The notes: generated from the letters alone by a model not told the origin. Numbered from the stretch's first letter, positions 8,166-17,690 are shown. The stretch is DNA of 64,000 nt from Candidatus Geohabitans tengchongensis (GCA_031459625.1 JAVKIH010000002.1:266338-330337), one strand, 5' to 3'. Numbers and translations are program-made.

Positions 8166-9200
8166 TCAGCGCAGGTAGCCCAGCGGGTTCACCGCCCGCC
8201 CGCGCAGCCTGACCTCGAAGTGGAGGTGGCTGCCGGTGCAGGAGCCCGTGCAGCCCACGCGCGCGATCAGCTGGCCGCGCTCAACCTGCTGTCCCTCGCG
8301 CACGAGCAGCGACGAGGCGTGCCCGTACAGTGTCTGCAGCCCGTTGCCGTGGTCGAGGATCACGGCGCGGCCGTACCCGTAGTACCATCCCGCGAAGACC
8401 ACACGGCCGGCGCGGGCGGCGTAGATCGGCGTGCCGTGGGGGGCCGCCAGGTCGATGCCGTCGTGGTGACGGCGGTAGCGCCAGCCGAACCGGGAGGTGA
8501 GCACACCGCGCGTGGGCCAGGCCATCACCAGGCGCGCCCGCACGAACCGCGGGGCGGCGGCTGCGGCCGCGGCAGTGCGGCCGGGGATGGCCAGCACCTG
8601 CCCGGGCCGGAGGCGGTGCGCCGAGGCCAGCCGGTTGGCTGCGACGAGGGCCTGGACGGTCGTGCCGTGACGTCGGGCGATGGCGAAGAGCGTGTCCCCG
8701 CGGCGCACCCGGTAGGTGACGGCGTCGCCCGCCGGACGCGCTGCAGTTGCTGAACCCGGAGGAAGCACGGTGCCCTGCCCCGCGGCATTGGCAGCCGTGC
8801 GGTTCGGCGCGCGCGGGGGCCGGGCGGCCGCGCGGCGCCCCGACGTCGGCCCGGGCGAGGCGACGGAGGAGCGGGTCGACCGGCGCCGGGTCGACGGCCC
8901 GGAGGAGGCGGAGGGAGCGGCGGGGACCAGCCCCCAGAGGACCCCTGCCGGGATGGGCACGGTGACGAGCGTGGCGATGTCCCCCTCCTGTCTGACGATC
9001 ACCACGCTCCGCGATCCCTGTGCCGCGGCGGTGCCTGAGGAGACCGGGAGGGATGGCCCCGCCGACGACGGAGGTGTCCGGGCGGTGCGCTGGACGCCAT
9101 CGGTGTCCGGGTCGACGAACGGAGCGGAGGAGGCCCGCGGCACGGGCGGTGCAGCCGCCAGCAGTGCGCCAAGGGCGATCCAGAGGACGCGGTGCCGCAT
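8166..9200 (-). CDS. Secreted LysM-domain M23 family metallopeptidase
   Basis: Signal peptide MRHRVLWIALGALLAAAPPVPRASS. LysM domain (YRVRRGDTLFAIARRHGTTVQALVAANRL...LRPGQVLAIP). M23 core (GIDLAAPHGTPIYAARAGRVVFAGW...GHASSLLVREGQQVERGQLIARVGCTGSCTGSHLHFEVR). Confidence 0.85.
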   Translation of the reverse strand: MRHRVLWIALGALLAAAPPVPRASSAPFVDPDTDGVQRTARTPPSSAGPSLPVSSGTAAAQGSRSVVIVRQEGDIATLVTVPIPAGVLWGLVPAAPSASSGPSTRRRSTRSSVASPGPTSGRRAAARPPRAPNRTAANAAGQGTVLPPGSATAARPAGDAVTYRVRRGDTLFAIARRHGTTVQALVAANRLASAHRLRPGQVLAIPGRTAAAAAAAPRFVRARLVMAWPTRGVLTSRFGWRYRRHHDGIDLAAPHGTPIYAARAGRVVFAGWYYGYGRAVILDHGNGLQTLYGHASSLLVREGQQVERGQLIARVGCTGSCTGSHLHFEVRLRGRAVNPLGYLR

Positions 9201-9396
9201 CGACGGTGGACGGCGGTAAACGAACGATCAACGTGCCTGAAACAGGCAAAGCCCGGCCGCGGAAGGTCGTGCGCACGTGGAAACCCCCGATGTGGGCAGT
9301 GCGGGCCGGACTGACCTGCGCCTCTGGGATGGCGTCATTCGACGCTCCCGAATGGATTCCTCCTCCATTGAGGGATTTTTAGACGTGCGCGGCCGA

Positions 9397-9410
9397 CGAA
9401 CCTCTGTTCG
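9397..9410. promoter_or_regulatory. Perfect LexA/Cheo-type box CGAACCTCTGTTCG (CGAAC-N4-GTTCG), embedded in a 30-nt near-perfect palindrome (~9388..9419), about 200 nt upstream of the LysM-M23 peptidase gene
   Basis: Read directly from the sequence: gcgcGGCCGacGAACctctGTTCGccGGCCGcgc. A 12-bp stem with one mismatch and a 4-nt loop is possible. No U-tract follows on either strand, so it is not a canonical terminator. Confidence 0.45.
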
Positions 9411-9482
9411 CCGGCCGCGCTGCCTCGCGCTCGCCCGCGCTCGTCCGCGCGGGCGCTCAGCAGGTCAGGCAGGGCGTGTGGA

Positions 9483-10760
9483 TCAGCTCGCGGAGCCCAC
9501 CGCGTCCTCCTCCGCGCTCTTGATGATGGAGCGCAGGAAGGCCGCGTTGTTGGGCGTGCGGCGCAGGCGGTCGAGGATGAGCTCAGTCATGGCCACCGTG
9601 TCGAGCTGCTCCAGGCTCTTGCGCAGGACCCAGACCTTGCGCAGCTCCTCGTCGGTGAGCAGCAGCTCCTCCCGCCGCGTGCCGGAGGCCTTGATGTCGA
9701 TGGCCGGGAAGGTGCGCCGCTCCTGGAGCTTCCGGTTGAGGTGCAGCTCCATGTTGCCGGTGCCCTTGAACTCCTCGTAGATGACGTCGTCCATGCGGCT
9801 GCCGGTGTCGATGAGCGCGGTGGCCACGATGGTCAGGCTCCCGCCCTCCTCGATCTTCCGAGCGGCCCCGAAGAAGCGCTTCGGACGGTGCAGCGCCGCG
9901 GGGTCGAGGCCGCCGGAGAGGGTGCGGCCCGACGGGGGGATGACCAGGTTGTTGGCCCGGCTGAAGCGGGTCAGGCTGTCCAGCAGGATGACGACGTCGC
10001 GCCGCCCCTCCACCAGCCGCTTGGCCCGCTCCAGCACCAGGTCGGCCACCTGGATGTGCTCCTCGGGCGGGCGGTCGAAGGTGGAGGCGATCACCTCCGC
10101 CTCCACGGAGCGGCGCATGTCGGTGACCTCCTCCGGGCGCTCGTCCAGGAGCAGCACCATCAGGTAGATCTCCGGGTGGTTGGTGACGGTGGCCTGCCCG
10201 ATCTTCTTCAGCAGCGTGGTCTTCCCGGCCTTGGGCGGGGAGACGATCATGGCGCGCTGCCCCTTGCCGATGGGGGCGAAGAGGTCCACCACCCGCGTGG
10301 TCAGGTCGCCGTCCGGCGTCTCCAGCTTGATGCGCTCGTGGGGGAAGACCGGCGTCAGGCTCTCGAAGGACGGGCGGGTGCGCGCCTGCTCGGGGTCGAG
10401 GCCGTTCACCGCCTCCACCCGCAGCAGGGCGAAGTACTTCTCGTTGTCCTTGGGCGGGCGCACCTGGCCCAGGACCTCGTCCCCCACCCGCAGGCCGAAG
10501 CGCTTGATCTGGGAGGGGGAGACGTAGATGTCCTCGGGCCCGGGCAGGTACCCGCTGGTGCGCAGGAAGCCGTAGCCCTCGGTCATGATCTCCAGGATCC
10601 CCGAGCGGAACATCAGCCCTTCCCGCTCGGTCTGGGCCTGCAGGATGCGCATGATCAGCTCCTGCTTCCGGTAGCGGCGGAGGTTGGGGATGTTCAGTTC
10701 CTTGGCGAGCTCCTGGAGCTCGGGGAGGGTCTTGCTCTCGAGGTCAGCGATCGCGAGCAT
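9483..10760 (-). CDS. rho: Transcription termination factor Rho
   Basis: Full-length match. N-terminal RNA-binding region, Walker A ([13 protein letters not shown]) and C-terminal ...[19 protein letters not shown]. Confidence 0.95.
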   Translation of the reverse strand: MLAIADLESKTLPELQELAKELNIPNLRRYRKQELIMRILQAQTEREGLMFRSGILEIMTEGYGFLRTSGYLPGPEDIYVSPSQIKRFGLRVGDEVLGQVRPPKDNEKYFALLRVEAVNGLDPEQARTRPSFESLTPVFPHERIKLETPDGDLTTRVVDLFAPIGKGQRAMIVSPPKAGKTTLLKKIGQATVTNHPEIYLMVLLLDERPEEVTDMRRSVEAEVIASTFDRPPEEHIQVADLVLERAKRLVEGRRDVVILLDSLTRFSRANNLVIPPSGRTLSGGLDPAALHRPKRFFGAARKIEEGGSLTIVATALIDTGSRMDDVIYEEFKGTGNMELHLNRKLQERRTFPAIDIKASGTRREELLLTDEELRKVWVLRKSLEQLDTVAMTELILDRLRRTPNNAAFLRSIIKSAEEDAVGSAS

Positions 10761-10766
10761 GCATCA

Positions 10767-11438
10767 TCACACCTTGGCCTGTCGTGGTTCGACGGCGGCA
10801 CGGAGCCGGGCGGCGTCCGCCAGGAAGCGCTCCTGCCCCACGTCGGTGAGGACGTGCTTGAAGAGCTGTTCCAGCACCTTGAACGGCATCGTGGCGATGG
10901 GCGCCCCCGCCAGCGCCGCCTCGGTGACGTGCAGGGGGTGGCGCAGGCTGCTGGCCAGGACCTCGGTCTCGAAGCCGTAGTGGTCCACGATGGCCACGGC
11001 CTGGCGCACCACCTCCATCCCGTCGTGCCCGATGTCGTCCAGGCGGCCGACGAAGGGGCTGACGTAGGTGGCGCCGGCCTTGCAGGCCAGCAGCGCCTGG
11101 TTGGCGGAGAAGACCAGGGTGACGTTCACTGGGATGCCCTCGCTGCGCAGCCGCCGGCAGGCCACCAGCCCGTTGGGCGTCATCGGCACCTTGACGACGA
11201 CGTTGGGCGCCCAGGTGGCGAACTCCCGTCCCTGGCGCACCATCTCCTCCACGTCGTTGCTGCTGGTCTCCACGCTGATGGGCCCGCTGACCACCCTGGC
11301 GATCTCCTGGATTTGCGTGCGGTGGTCGCGCCCCTCCTTGGCCACCAGGGTGGGGTTGGTGGTCACCCCGTCGCACAGGCCCCAGGCGGTGGCCTGGCGG
11401 ATCTCGTCCAGGTTCGCGGTGTCGAGGAAGAACCGCAT
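10767..11438 (-). CDS. tal: Transaldolase (short Fsa/TalC-type)
   Basis: MRFFLDTANLDEIRQATAWGLCDGVTTNPTLVAKEG...VKVPMTPNGL...ATYVSPFVGRLDD. It ends 6 nt before rho (likely co-transcribed), as in the Bacillus ywjH-rho context. Confidence 0.9.
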   Translation of the reverse strand: MRFFLDTANLDEIRQATAWGLCDGVTTNPTLVAKEGRDHRTQIQEIARVVSGPISVETSSNDVEEMVRQGREFATWAPNVVVKVPMTPNGLVACRRLRSEGIPVNVTLVFSANQALLACKAGATYVSPFVGRLDDIGHDGMEVVRQAVAIVDHYGFETEVLASSLRHPLHVTEAALAGAPIATMPFKVLEQLFKHVLTDVGQERFLADAARLRAAVEPRQAKV

Positions 11439-11449
11439 CGGCTCCGTCC

Positions 11450-12685
11450 CTACCTCCCTGTCGCCTCGATGTAGACGACGTCGCCCACCTCCGCCGGCTT
11501 GAGGAACTGGACCGCATCACCGGGGCGCAGCTCCGCCAGTGTGGCCGGGCGGTCGTTCCGGTAGACGGCATGGGCCGGGGCCACGCGGAAGGTGCGCACA
11601 GCCTTCTTGTCGTCCTCCACGGCCAGCGTGGCCGGCCGGCCGGGCTGCACCGCCCGCAGGGTGCCCTTGGTCCAGTCGTACTTGTTGAGTAGCACCATCA
11701 GGGCGTCCAGGGCCACGGCCGCGTCGGCGCGGGTGGCCGGCTGGCCCGGGCGGAAGGCCCCGTCCAGGAGCGGCAGCATCTTCCGCTCCAGGACCACGGC
11801 CACGCTGCCCCGGGCCCAGTCGGGCACCGCAGCGCCGTCCGCCGCCGCCACCTGGGCGCGCGCCCGGGCGAAGGCCTCGGCATCCAGGCCGCCCGCCCGC
11901 ACGGCGAGGGCCGCCAGCTCGGCCCGGGTGACGGGCTGGCGCGGGCGGAAGGTGTTGTCCGGGTAGCCCACCACCAGGCCCTTCTGGAAGGAGAGCGCCA
12001 GCTGGGTGGGCTCCTGCTTCGTCGTGTGCACGGCCACGATCTCGTACCGCCCCACCGGGACCGGCCGGTCGTTCTGGTCGAGCTGCCGCCAGCGGGTCTG
12101 GAAGGTCAGCGACTTGCCCGCCGCGAGCGGCACCGGCTTGTCCACCGGGAGGAAGGCCCGCCCCAGCGACCAGCGCGCCACCTCGCTGCCGTCCGCCGCC
12201 TTCACGATGAAGTCGTGGAACTGCGAGTTGGCGTACTCGAAGGTGACGTCCGTCTTCCCGGTGTTGTGCACGATGAAGGTCAGCAGCACCGGCTCCTCGG
12301 GGCCGTACGCCGCCTTGTCCGTGGTCAGCGTGTAGACGATCGCCCCCTTCTTCACCTCGACCTTCGTCGCCGAGACCGTCCCCACGCCCACGGAGGCGGC
12401 CACGGCCGGCCGGGCGTCCGGGGGGATCTGGTCGAGGTCCTTGAAGGCGGGGAGCCGGGCGCTCTCCCCCGGGATCCCCAGCAGGCGCACCAGGAAGCGC
12501 ACCACGTCCAGTCGGGTCAGCGGCTCCCCGGGGAGGAAGCGGTCGCCCACGCCCGCCACCACCCCCTTGGCGGCCAGGCGCTCGATGGCCCGCTGGGCCG
12601 GGTGGCCGGCCAGGTCGCTGAAGATGGCCGCGGCCGCCTGGCTGGCCAGGCCCAGCACGATCAGGACGACGACCAGGCTTCGCAT
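11450..12685 (-). CDS. Secreted SLH-domain protein with an intracellular-proteinase-inhibitor (BsuPI) domain
   Basis: Signal peptide MRSLVVVLIVLGLASQAAAA. SLH motifs (FSDLAGHPAQRAIERLAAKGVVAG; FKDLD...; GYPDNTFRPRQPVTRAELAALAV). Central BsuPI-like segment (IVYTLTTDKAAYGPEEPVLLTFIVHNTGKTDVTFEYANSQFHDFIV). Confidence 0.8.
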   Translation of the reverse strand: MRSLVVVLIVLGLASQAAAAIFSDLAGHPAQRAIERLAAKGVVAGVGDRFLPGEPLTRLDVVRFLVRLLGIPGESARLPAFKDLDQIPPDARPAVAASVGVGTVSATKVEVKKGAIVYTLTTDKAAYGPEEPVLLTFIVHNTGKTDVTFEYANSQFHDFIVKAADGSEVARWSLGRAFLPVDKPVPLAAGKSLTFQTRWRQLDQNDRPVPVGRYEIVAVHTTKQEPTQLALSFQKGLVVGYPDNTFRPRQPVTRAELAALAVRAGGLDAEAFARARAQVAAADGAAVPDWARGSVAVVLERKMLPLLDGAFRPGQPATRADAAVALDALMVLLNKYDWTKGTLRAVQPGRPATLAVEDDKKAVRTFRVAPAHAVYRNDRPATLAELRPGDAVQFLKPAEVGDVVYIEATGR

Positions 12686-13068
12686 GCAGTCCTCCCTGTC
12701 CGGTCCGGCCTGACGCCCGCTGCCCGCTCCGCTCTGCCCGGCCGGCCGGGGCGAGCGCAGTCCACGCTGTGCGGCTCAGGTCACACCGTCGTTGCGGTCA
12801 TGGAGAACGGCCGGCGCATCCTCGAGATCGGGCTGTCACGTCGGGGGGAGTCGGGTCGGCCGTCCGTCTGAACGTCCCCGACACCGTCGGGGCGACGATC
12901 GGTGGGACGACCGCATCAGCGGCCTCCCGGCTCTGGCCACCTCGCAAGGCGGCGCATCCTGCGGTTGCCCGGGGCATTCGCCCCGGCATCGGGTCTTTCC
13001 TGCTCAGTATACCCAACCGGCACACAGCCGGCCAAGAGGGTGATGCCCGCGCCGCGACGTCCGCGGCG

Positions 13069-14766
13069 CTACATGCGCTCCGGGGCGGCCACCCCGATGA
13101 GCGCCAGCGTGCGACGCAGGGCGATGCGCACCGCCTCCACCAGGACCAGCCGCGCCGCCGTCAGCGCGGGGTCGTCGGAGAGGACCCGGCACTGGGTGTA
13201 GAAGCCGTGGAAGGCGGCGGCCAGGTCCCGGGCGTAGGCCGGCAGGCGCTGCGGCTCCCGGCGCATCCCGGCCTGGTAGACCACCTCCGGCAGCTCGGCC
13301 AGCGCGTGGATGAGCGCCGCCTCGCTGGGGTCGACGAGCTGCCCGAGGTCGGCGTCGTGCACGGCCGCCGCGTCCAGCGTGCCCGCCTGCACCCACCGCC
13401 GTCCGTGCGGGTGCCCCTCCGCCTCCCGCAGGATGCTGCAGATGCGGGCGTAGGCGTACTGGACGTAGTAGACGGGGTTGTCCTGGCTCTGCTGGCGGGC
13501 CAGCTGCCAGTCGAAGTCCATCGGCACCGAGGGGCTGACCATGCAGAAGAAGTAGCGGGCGGCGTCGCGCCCCACGGCGTCGAGGAGGTCCTGCAGCGTC
13601 ACGTACTCGCCCCGCCGCCGGGACATGCGCAGCAGCTCCCCCTCGTTACGCAGCCGGACGTGCTGGTAGAGGAGGAACTCCACCCGCGAGGGGTCCACGC
13701 CCAGGGCCTGCAGGCCGCCGCGCACCCGGGCCACGTCGCCGGCGTGGTCCACCCCCCAGACGTCGATGAGCAGGTCGAAGCCCCGCTCGAGCTTGTTCAG
13801 GTGGTAGGGGATGTCGGCGGCGTAGTACATCGGCCACCCGGTGCTGCGGATGATCACCCGGTCCTTGTCGTCCCCGAACAGCGTCGAGCGGAACCACACC
13901 GCCCCGTCCTGCTCGTAGAGGAAGCCCCGCTCCCGCAGCGCCGCCAGGACGCGGTCCACCGCCCCCTGCTCGTAGAGGGACCGCTCGCTGAACCAGACGT
14001 CGAAGAAGATGCCGAACTGCTCGAGGGTGCGGCGGATGTCGGCCAGGCACCAGGCCACGGCGAAGTCGCGGAGGGCGGCCACGCGGGTCTCCGGGTCGCG
14101 GTGCACCCAGGCCTCTCCGTCGCGCTCGACCAGCGCTCGGGCGATCTCGCGCACGTACTCCCCCCGGTAGCCGTCCTCGGGGAAGGGGGTGGCGATGCCG
14201 AAGTGCGCCAGGTAGTGGTGCTCCACCGACTGCCCCAGCGTGTGGACCAGCAGGCCGGCGTCGTTCACGTAGTACTCGCGGGTCACCGCGTAGCCCAGCG
14301 CCGCCAGGAGGTTGGCCAGCACGTCGCCGATCACCCCGTTGCGCCCGCTGCCGATGTGCAGGGGGCCGGTGGGGTTGGCGCTGACGTACTCCACGTTCAC
14401 CCGCCGGCCCGCGCCCACGTCGTGCGACCCGTAGCGGTCCCCCTGGGCGTGGACGTGGCGGACCAGCGCCTGCAGCCAGGCCGAGGCGATGAAGAAGTTG
14501 ATGAAGCCCGGGCCGGCCACTTCGACGCGTTCGACCTGGTCTGGGGAGCAGTCGAGCGCCTCGACGATGGCCCGGGCCACCTCCCGAGGCGGCCGCCCCA
14601 CGCGGCGCGCCAGCACGAGCGGCAGGTTGGTGGCGAAGTCGGCGTGGCGCCGTCCCCGCGGCTGCTCCACCTCGACCGGCGGCACCTCGACCGGCGGCAG
14701 GCGGCCGGCGGCGATCGCCCGCCGGACGGCGGCCTCGAGGTGGCGGCGGAGGGCGTCCTTGAACAC
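13069..14766 (-). CDS. argS: Arginine--tRNA ligase
   Basis: HIGH motif region (NVEYVSANPTGPLHIGSGRN), KMSK-like region (LLRMSRRRGEYVTLQDLLD) and the DALR anticodon-binding C-terminus. The GTG start at 14766 is frame-verified. The longer ORF-track N-terminus is spurious. Confidence 0.9.
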   Translation of the reverse strand: MFKDALRRHLEAAVRRAIAAGRLPPVEVPPVEVEQPRGRRHADFATNLPLVLARRVGRPPREVARAIVEALDCSPDQVERVEVAGPGFINFFIASAWLQALVRHVHAQGDRYGSHDVGAGRRVNVEYVSANPTGPLHIGSGRNGVIGDVLANLLAALGYAVTREYYVNDAGLLVHTLGQSVEHHYLAHFGIATPFPEDGYRGEYVREIARALVERDGEAWVHRDPETRVAALRDFAVAWCLADIRRTLEQFGIFFDVWFSERSLYEQGAVDRVLAALRERGFLYEQDGAVWFRSTLFGDDKDRVIIRSTGWPMYYAADIPYHLNKLERGFDLLIDVWGVDHAGDVARVRGGLQALGVDPSRVEFLLYQHVRLRNEGELLRMSRRRGEYVTLQDLLDAVGRDAARYFFCMVSPSVPMDFDWQLARQQSQDNPVYYVQYAYARICSILREAEGHPHGRRWVQAGTLDAAAVHDADLGQLVDPSEAALIHALAELPEVVYQAGMRREPQRLPAYARDLAAAFHGFYTQCRVLSDDPALTAARLVLVEAVRIALRRTLALIGVAAPERM

Positions 14767-16409
14767 TATGCCCGCACGATACCATGCCCGGCGGGATAGT
14801 GGCCGGGGATCGTCACCGGCAGGCGTCCCCGCGGCGCCACGCGGCCGGTGAGCACGCGCGCGGCGGCCTCCAGCGTCGCCTGCCACCCGTAGGTGGCCAG
14901 GTAGGTCGGCGCCTCGGGGAGGGCGAGGAGGTCGTAGGGCGTCCCCGCGGCCACCACCAGGGCGGGTCTGCCCGCCGCCAGGGCGCGGTGCGCCACGGCC
15001 GTCTGCCAGGGATCGGGGCGGCCGCGGCTGGTGGTGACGACCACCACCACCTCCCCCGCCGCCACCTCGCCGTCCCAGGGCGCCCCCGCGGGGAGCACGA
15101 CCTCGGTGACGGTGCGCCCGCACGCCTGCAGGGCGGCGCCCAGCGACGGGGAGGGGACGCGCTGGGCCAGGTCGCCGGGATCGCTGCGCGGCGGTGGCGG
15201 GAGGAGCGTGAGCACCCGCAGCGGTGCTGGCGGCAGGGGGACGAGCCCGGCGTCGTCGCGCACCACCGTCACCGCCCGGTCGGCGATGGCGGCCACGGTC
15301 TGCTGCCGCGCGGGGTCGGCGAGCACGGCCTCCACGTCCCCGCCCGATCCGACCGCCCCGGCTCCCGATCCGGCCGCGCCGGCCTCAGACCCGTCCGCGG
15401 CGATCCCGCGCCGCGTCGGCGCGACCAGGCGGCGCAGCCGCCTGAGCCGCGCATGCGAGGCCTCTAGCCGCTCGCGCGTGAGCACGCCCGCCTCCACCGC
15501 GTCGGCCACCGCGCGCAGCACCGCCTCCTGGACCGCCGGCCCGCCGCAGGCGAGCAGCAGGTCGGCACCGGCCCCAAGCGCCTGCACGGCGGCCGGACCG
15601 ACCCCCATCCCCTCGGCGATGGGGGCCATGGCCAGGGAGTCGGTGACGATCACCCCGTCGAATCCCCACCGGCGGCGCAGCAGTCCGTCCAGCACCGCGG
15701 GGGAGAGCGTGGCGGGGAGCCGCCCCGCGTCGGCGGCGAAGGCCACGTGGGCCGTCATGAGGGCCGGGAGGCCCTCGGCGACCAGCGCGCGGAAGGGGAC
15801 GAACTCCACCGCCTCGAGGCGGTCCTGCGGGTGGGGGATCACCGGCAGCGCCTCGTGGGAGTCCACGTCGGTGTCGCCGTGCCCCGGGAAGTGCTTGCCC
15901 GTCGGCACCACTCCTTCGGCCAGGAGGCCGCGGGCGAAGGCCCCCGCCAGGCGCGCGACCAGGGCCGGGTCGTCGCCGTAGGCGCGGATGCCGATCACCG
16001 GGTTGCGCAGGTTGGTGTTCACGTCCAGCACCGGGGCAAAGTCCACGTTCACCCCGGCGGCGCGCAGGACGCGACCGGTGAGCCGCCCGGCCGCCAGGGC
16101 CAGGTCGGGGTCCCCGGTAGCCCCCAGGGCCATGGCGCTCGGCAGCCCCACCGGCAGGCGCTCCACCGGGCCCCCTTCCTGGTCGGCGGCGATGAGCAGC
16201 GGCGGCAACCCCGCCCGGGCGGCCAGCGCCTGCAGGGCGGCGCACAGCCGGGCCACCTGAGCGGGGTGCTGCACGTTCTTGCGGAAGAGGATGACCCCGC
16301 CGAGCCCGTGGGCGGCCACGAGCTGACGCAGCCACGGGGTGGGCTCGGGGCCGTCGAAGTCGGCCATGAGGAGCTGGCCCATCAGCGGGCCGGTGGGGAG
16401 GACGCGCAA
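14766..16409 (-). CDS. nagZ: Glycoside hydrolase family 3 beta-N-acetylhexosaminidase (NagZ-like)
   Basis: GGVILFRKN...ADQEGGPVERL...GKHFPGHGDTDVDSHEALPVI are GH3 catalytic-domain motifs, followed by a C-terminal alpha/beta domain. The true start may be the internal ATG at 16382 (MGQLLMADFDG...). The stop overlaps the argS start by 1 nt. Confidence 0.8.
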   Translation of the reverse strand: MRVLPTGPLMGQLLMADFDGPEPTPWLRQLVAAHGLGGVILFRKNVQHPAQVARLCAALQALAARAGLPPLLIAADQEGGPVERLPVGLPSAMALGATGDPDLALAAGRLTGRVLRAAGVNVDFAPVLDVNTNLRNPVIGIRAYGDDPALVARLAGAFARGLLAEGVVPTGKHFPGHGDTDVDSHEALPVIPHPQDRLEAVEFVPFRALVAEGLPALMTAHVAFAADAGRLPATLSPAVLDGLLRRRWGFDGVIVTDSLAMAPIAEGMGVGPAAVQALGAGADLLLACGGPAVQEAVLRAVADAVEAGVLTRERLEASHARLRRLRRLVAPTRRGIAADGSEAGAAGSGAGAVGSGGDVEAVLADPARQQTVAAIADRAVTVVRDDAGLVPLPPAPLRVLTLLPPPPRSDPGDLAQRVPSPSLGAALQACGRTVTEVVLPAGAPWDGEVAAGEVVVVVTTSRGRPDPWQTAVAHRALAAGRPALVVAAGTPYDLLALPEAPTYLATYGWQATLEAAARVLTGRVAPRGRLPVTIPGHYPAGHGIVRA

Positions 16410-16451
16410 GGGGTCAGCCGTGGGGCGGACGCGTCGGGCCGACGGCGGGGA

Positions 16452-17690
16452 TCAGGTGCGCAGTTCGGTGAGGGTGACCGTCACCGTCAGGCGGCGGCCA
16501 TCCCGCACGACCTCCACGCGCACGCGGTCGCCCGGCTTGTAGTCGAAGAGGGTGCGGCGCAGCTCGTTGATGTTCTCGATGCGCCGGCCGTTGATGGCCA
16601 CGATGATGTCGCCGGGCCGGATGCCGGCGGCGGCGGCCGGGCCGCCCGGCGGGACGTCCGCCACGAGCACCCCGTAGTCCACCGGGAGGTTGTAGGCCCG
16701 GGCGATCTGCGGGTCGATCTCCCCGCCCAGGATGATGCCCAGGGCCGGACGGACCACCCGTCCCTGGGTGATCAACTGGCGCATGATCGCCTGGGCGATG
16801 TCCACCGGGATGGCGAAGCCGATCCCCTGGGCCTCGCGGACGATGGCGGTGTTGATGCCGATGAGCCGCCCGCTGCTGTCCACGAGCGCCCCGCCGCTGT
16901 TGCCGGGGTTGATGGCCGCGTCTGTCTGGATCAGGCTCTCCACGACGAAGTTCGGGCTGATCTGGATCGACCGGTTGAGGGCGCTGACCACCCCCACCGT
17001 CACGCTACTGCCCAGCCCGAAGGGGTTGCCGATGGCGATGGCCAGCTGCCCCACCTTGATCGTGCGGCTGGTGCCCATCTGGACCACGGGGAGCTGACGC
17101 TGGCCGTCCACCTTGATCACGGCCAGGTCGGTGAAGGGGTCGGCACCCACGACGCGACCGCGCAGCTCCTGCCCGCTCACCAGCGTGACGGTGATCTCCT
17201 GGGCCCCCTGGATGACGTGGTGGTTGGTGAGGATGAGCCCGTCGGACCGCACGATCACCCCGGAGCCTGCCCCTTCCTGCGGGTAGACCCCGAAGAAGGT
17301 GGGGACCTGGGCGCGGGTGTTGATGTTCACCACGGCCGGCCGCACCATCTCCACCACGCGCACGATGGTGGCCTCCATGTTGGCGCCGCCGGGCGGCGCG
17401 GGCGCCGGAGCGGCCATCGGCGGGACAGGCGGTGCCACGCCGGGTGCGCTGCCACCGGGCGCGACGCCGCCAGGTGCGACACCGCCAGGTGCAGAGCCGC
17501 CAGGTGCGGTACCGCCGGGTGCGGCCTGCCCGGGCGCGGAGGCGCGCCCGCGCGCCTCCACCAGCCCAGGGAAGTAGCGCGGCAGGTACGTGGCGCCGAG
17601 CGCTGCTCCGGCGGCGACGGCCACGAGCAGCACCAGGACGATGAACGTGAAGCCCGGCGCAGGGCGCCGGGGACGCGTGGTGAGGCTCAT
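16452..17690 (-). CDS. htrA: HtrA/DegP-family serine protease with a single PDZ domain and an N-terminal membrane anchor
   Basis: ATG at 17690 with a GGAGG RBS. TM segment FTFIVLVLLVAVAAGAALG. Pro/Gly-rich linker. Catalytic triad context (TNHHVI...DLAVIKV...GNSGGAL). PDZ domain (GIRPGDIIVAINGRRIEN). Confidence 0.9.
   Translation of the reverse strand: MSLTTRPRRPAPGFTFIVLVLLVAVAAGAALGATYLPRYFPGLVEARGRASAPGQAAPGGTAPGGSAPGGVAPGGVAPGGSAPGVAPPVPPMAAPAPAPPGGANMEATIVRVVEMVRPAVVNINTRAQVPTFFGVYPQEGAGSGVIVRSDGLILTNHHVIQGAQEITVTLVSGQELRGRVVGADPFTDLAVIKVDGQRQLPVVQMGTSRTIKVGQLAIAIGNPFGLGSSVTVGVVSALNRSIQISPNFVVESLIQTDAAINPGNSGGALVDSSGRLIGINTAIVREAQGIGFAIPVDIAQAIMRQLITQGRVVRPALGIILGGEIDPQIARAYNLPVDYGVLVADVPPGGPAAAAGIRPGDIIVAINGRRIENINELRRTLFDYKPGDRVRVEVVRDGRRLTVTVTLTELRT
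17437..17535. repeat. Tandem ~15-bp repeats (ccgccaggtgcgacX, 6 or more copies) encoding an (A/G/S/T)PGG pentapeptide linker in htrA
   Basis: Directly visible as gccaccgggcgcgacgccgccaggtgcgacaccgccaggtgcagagccgccaggtgcggtaccgccgggtgcg. It translates (minus strand) to APGGTAPGGSAPGGVAPGGVAPGGSAPG. Confidence 0.7.

Noticed and set aside
12968-12986. GC-rich hairpin CCGGGGC-ATTC-GCCCCGG in the argS-SLH intergenic region
   Set aside because: No U-tract on the strand where a gene ends upstream (argS is on the minus strand and the hairpin is followed there by AAC…), so it is not a convincing intrinsic terminator.
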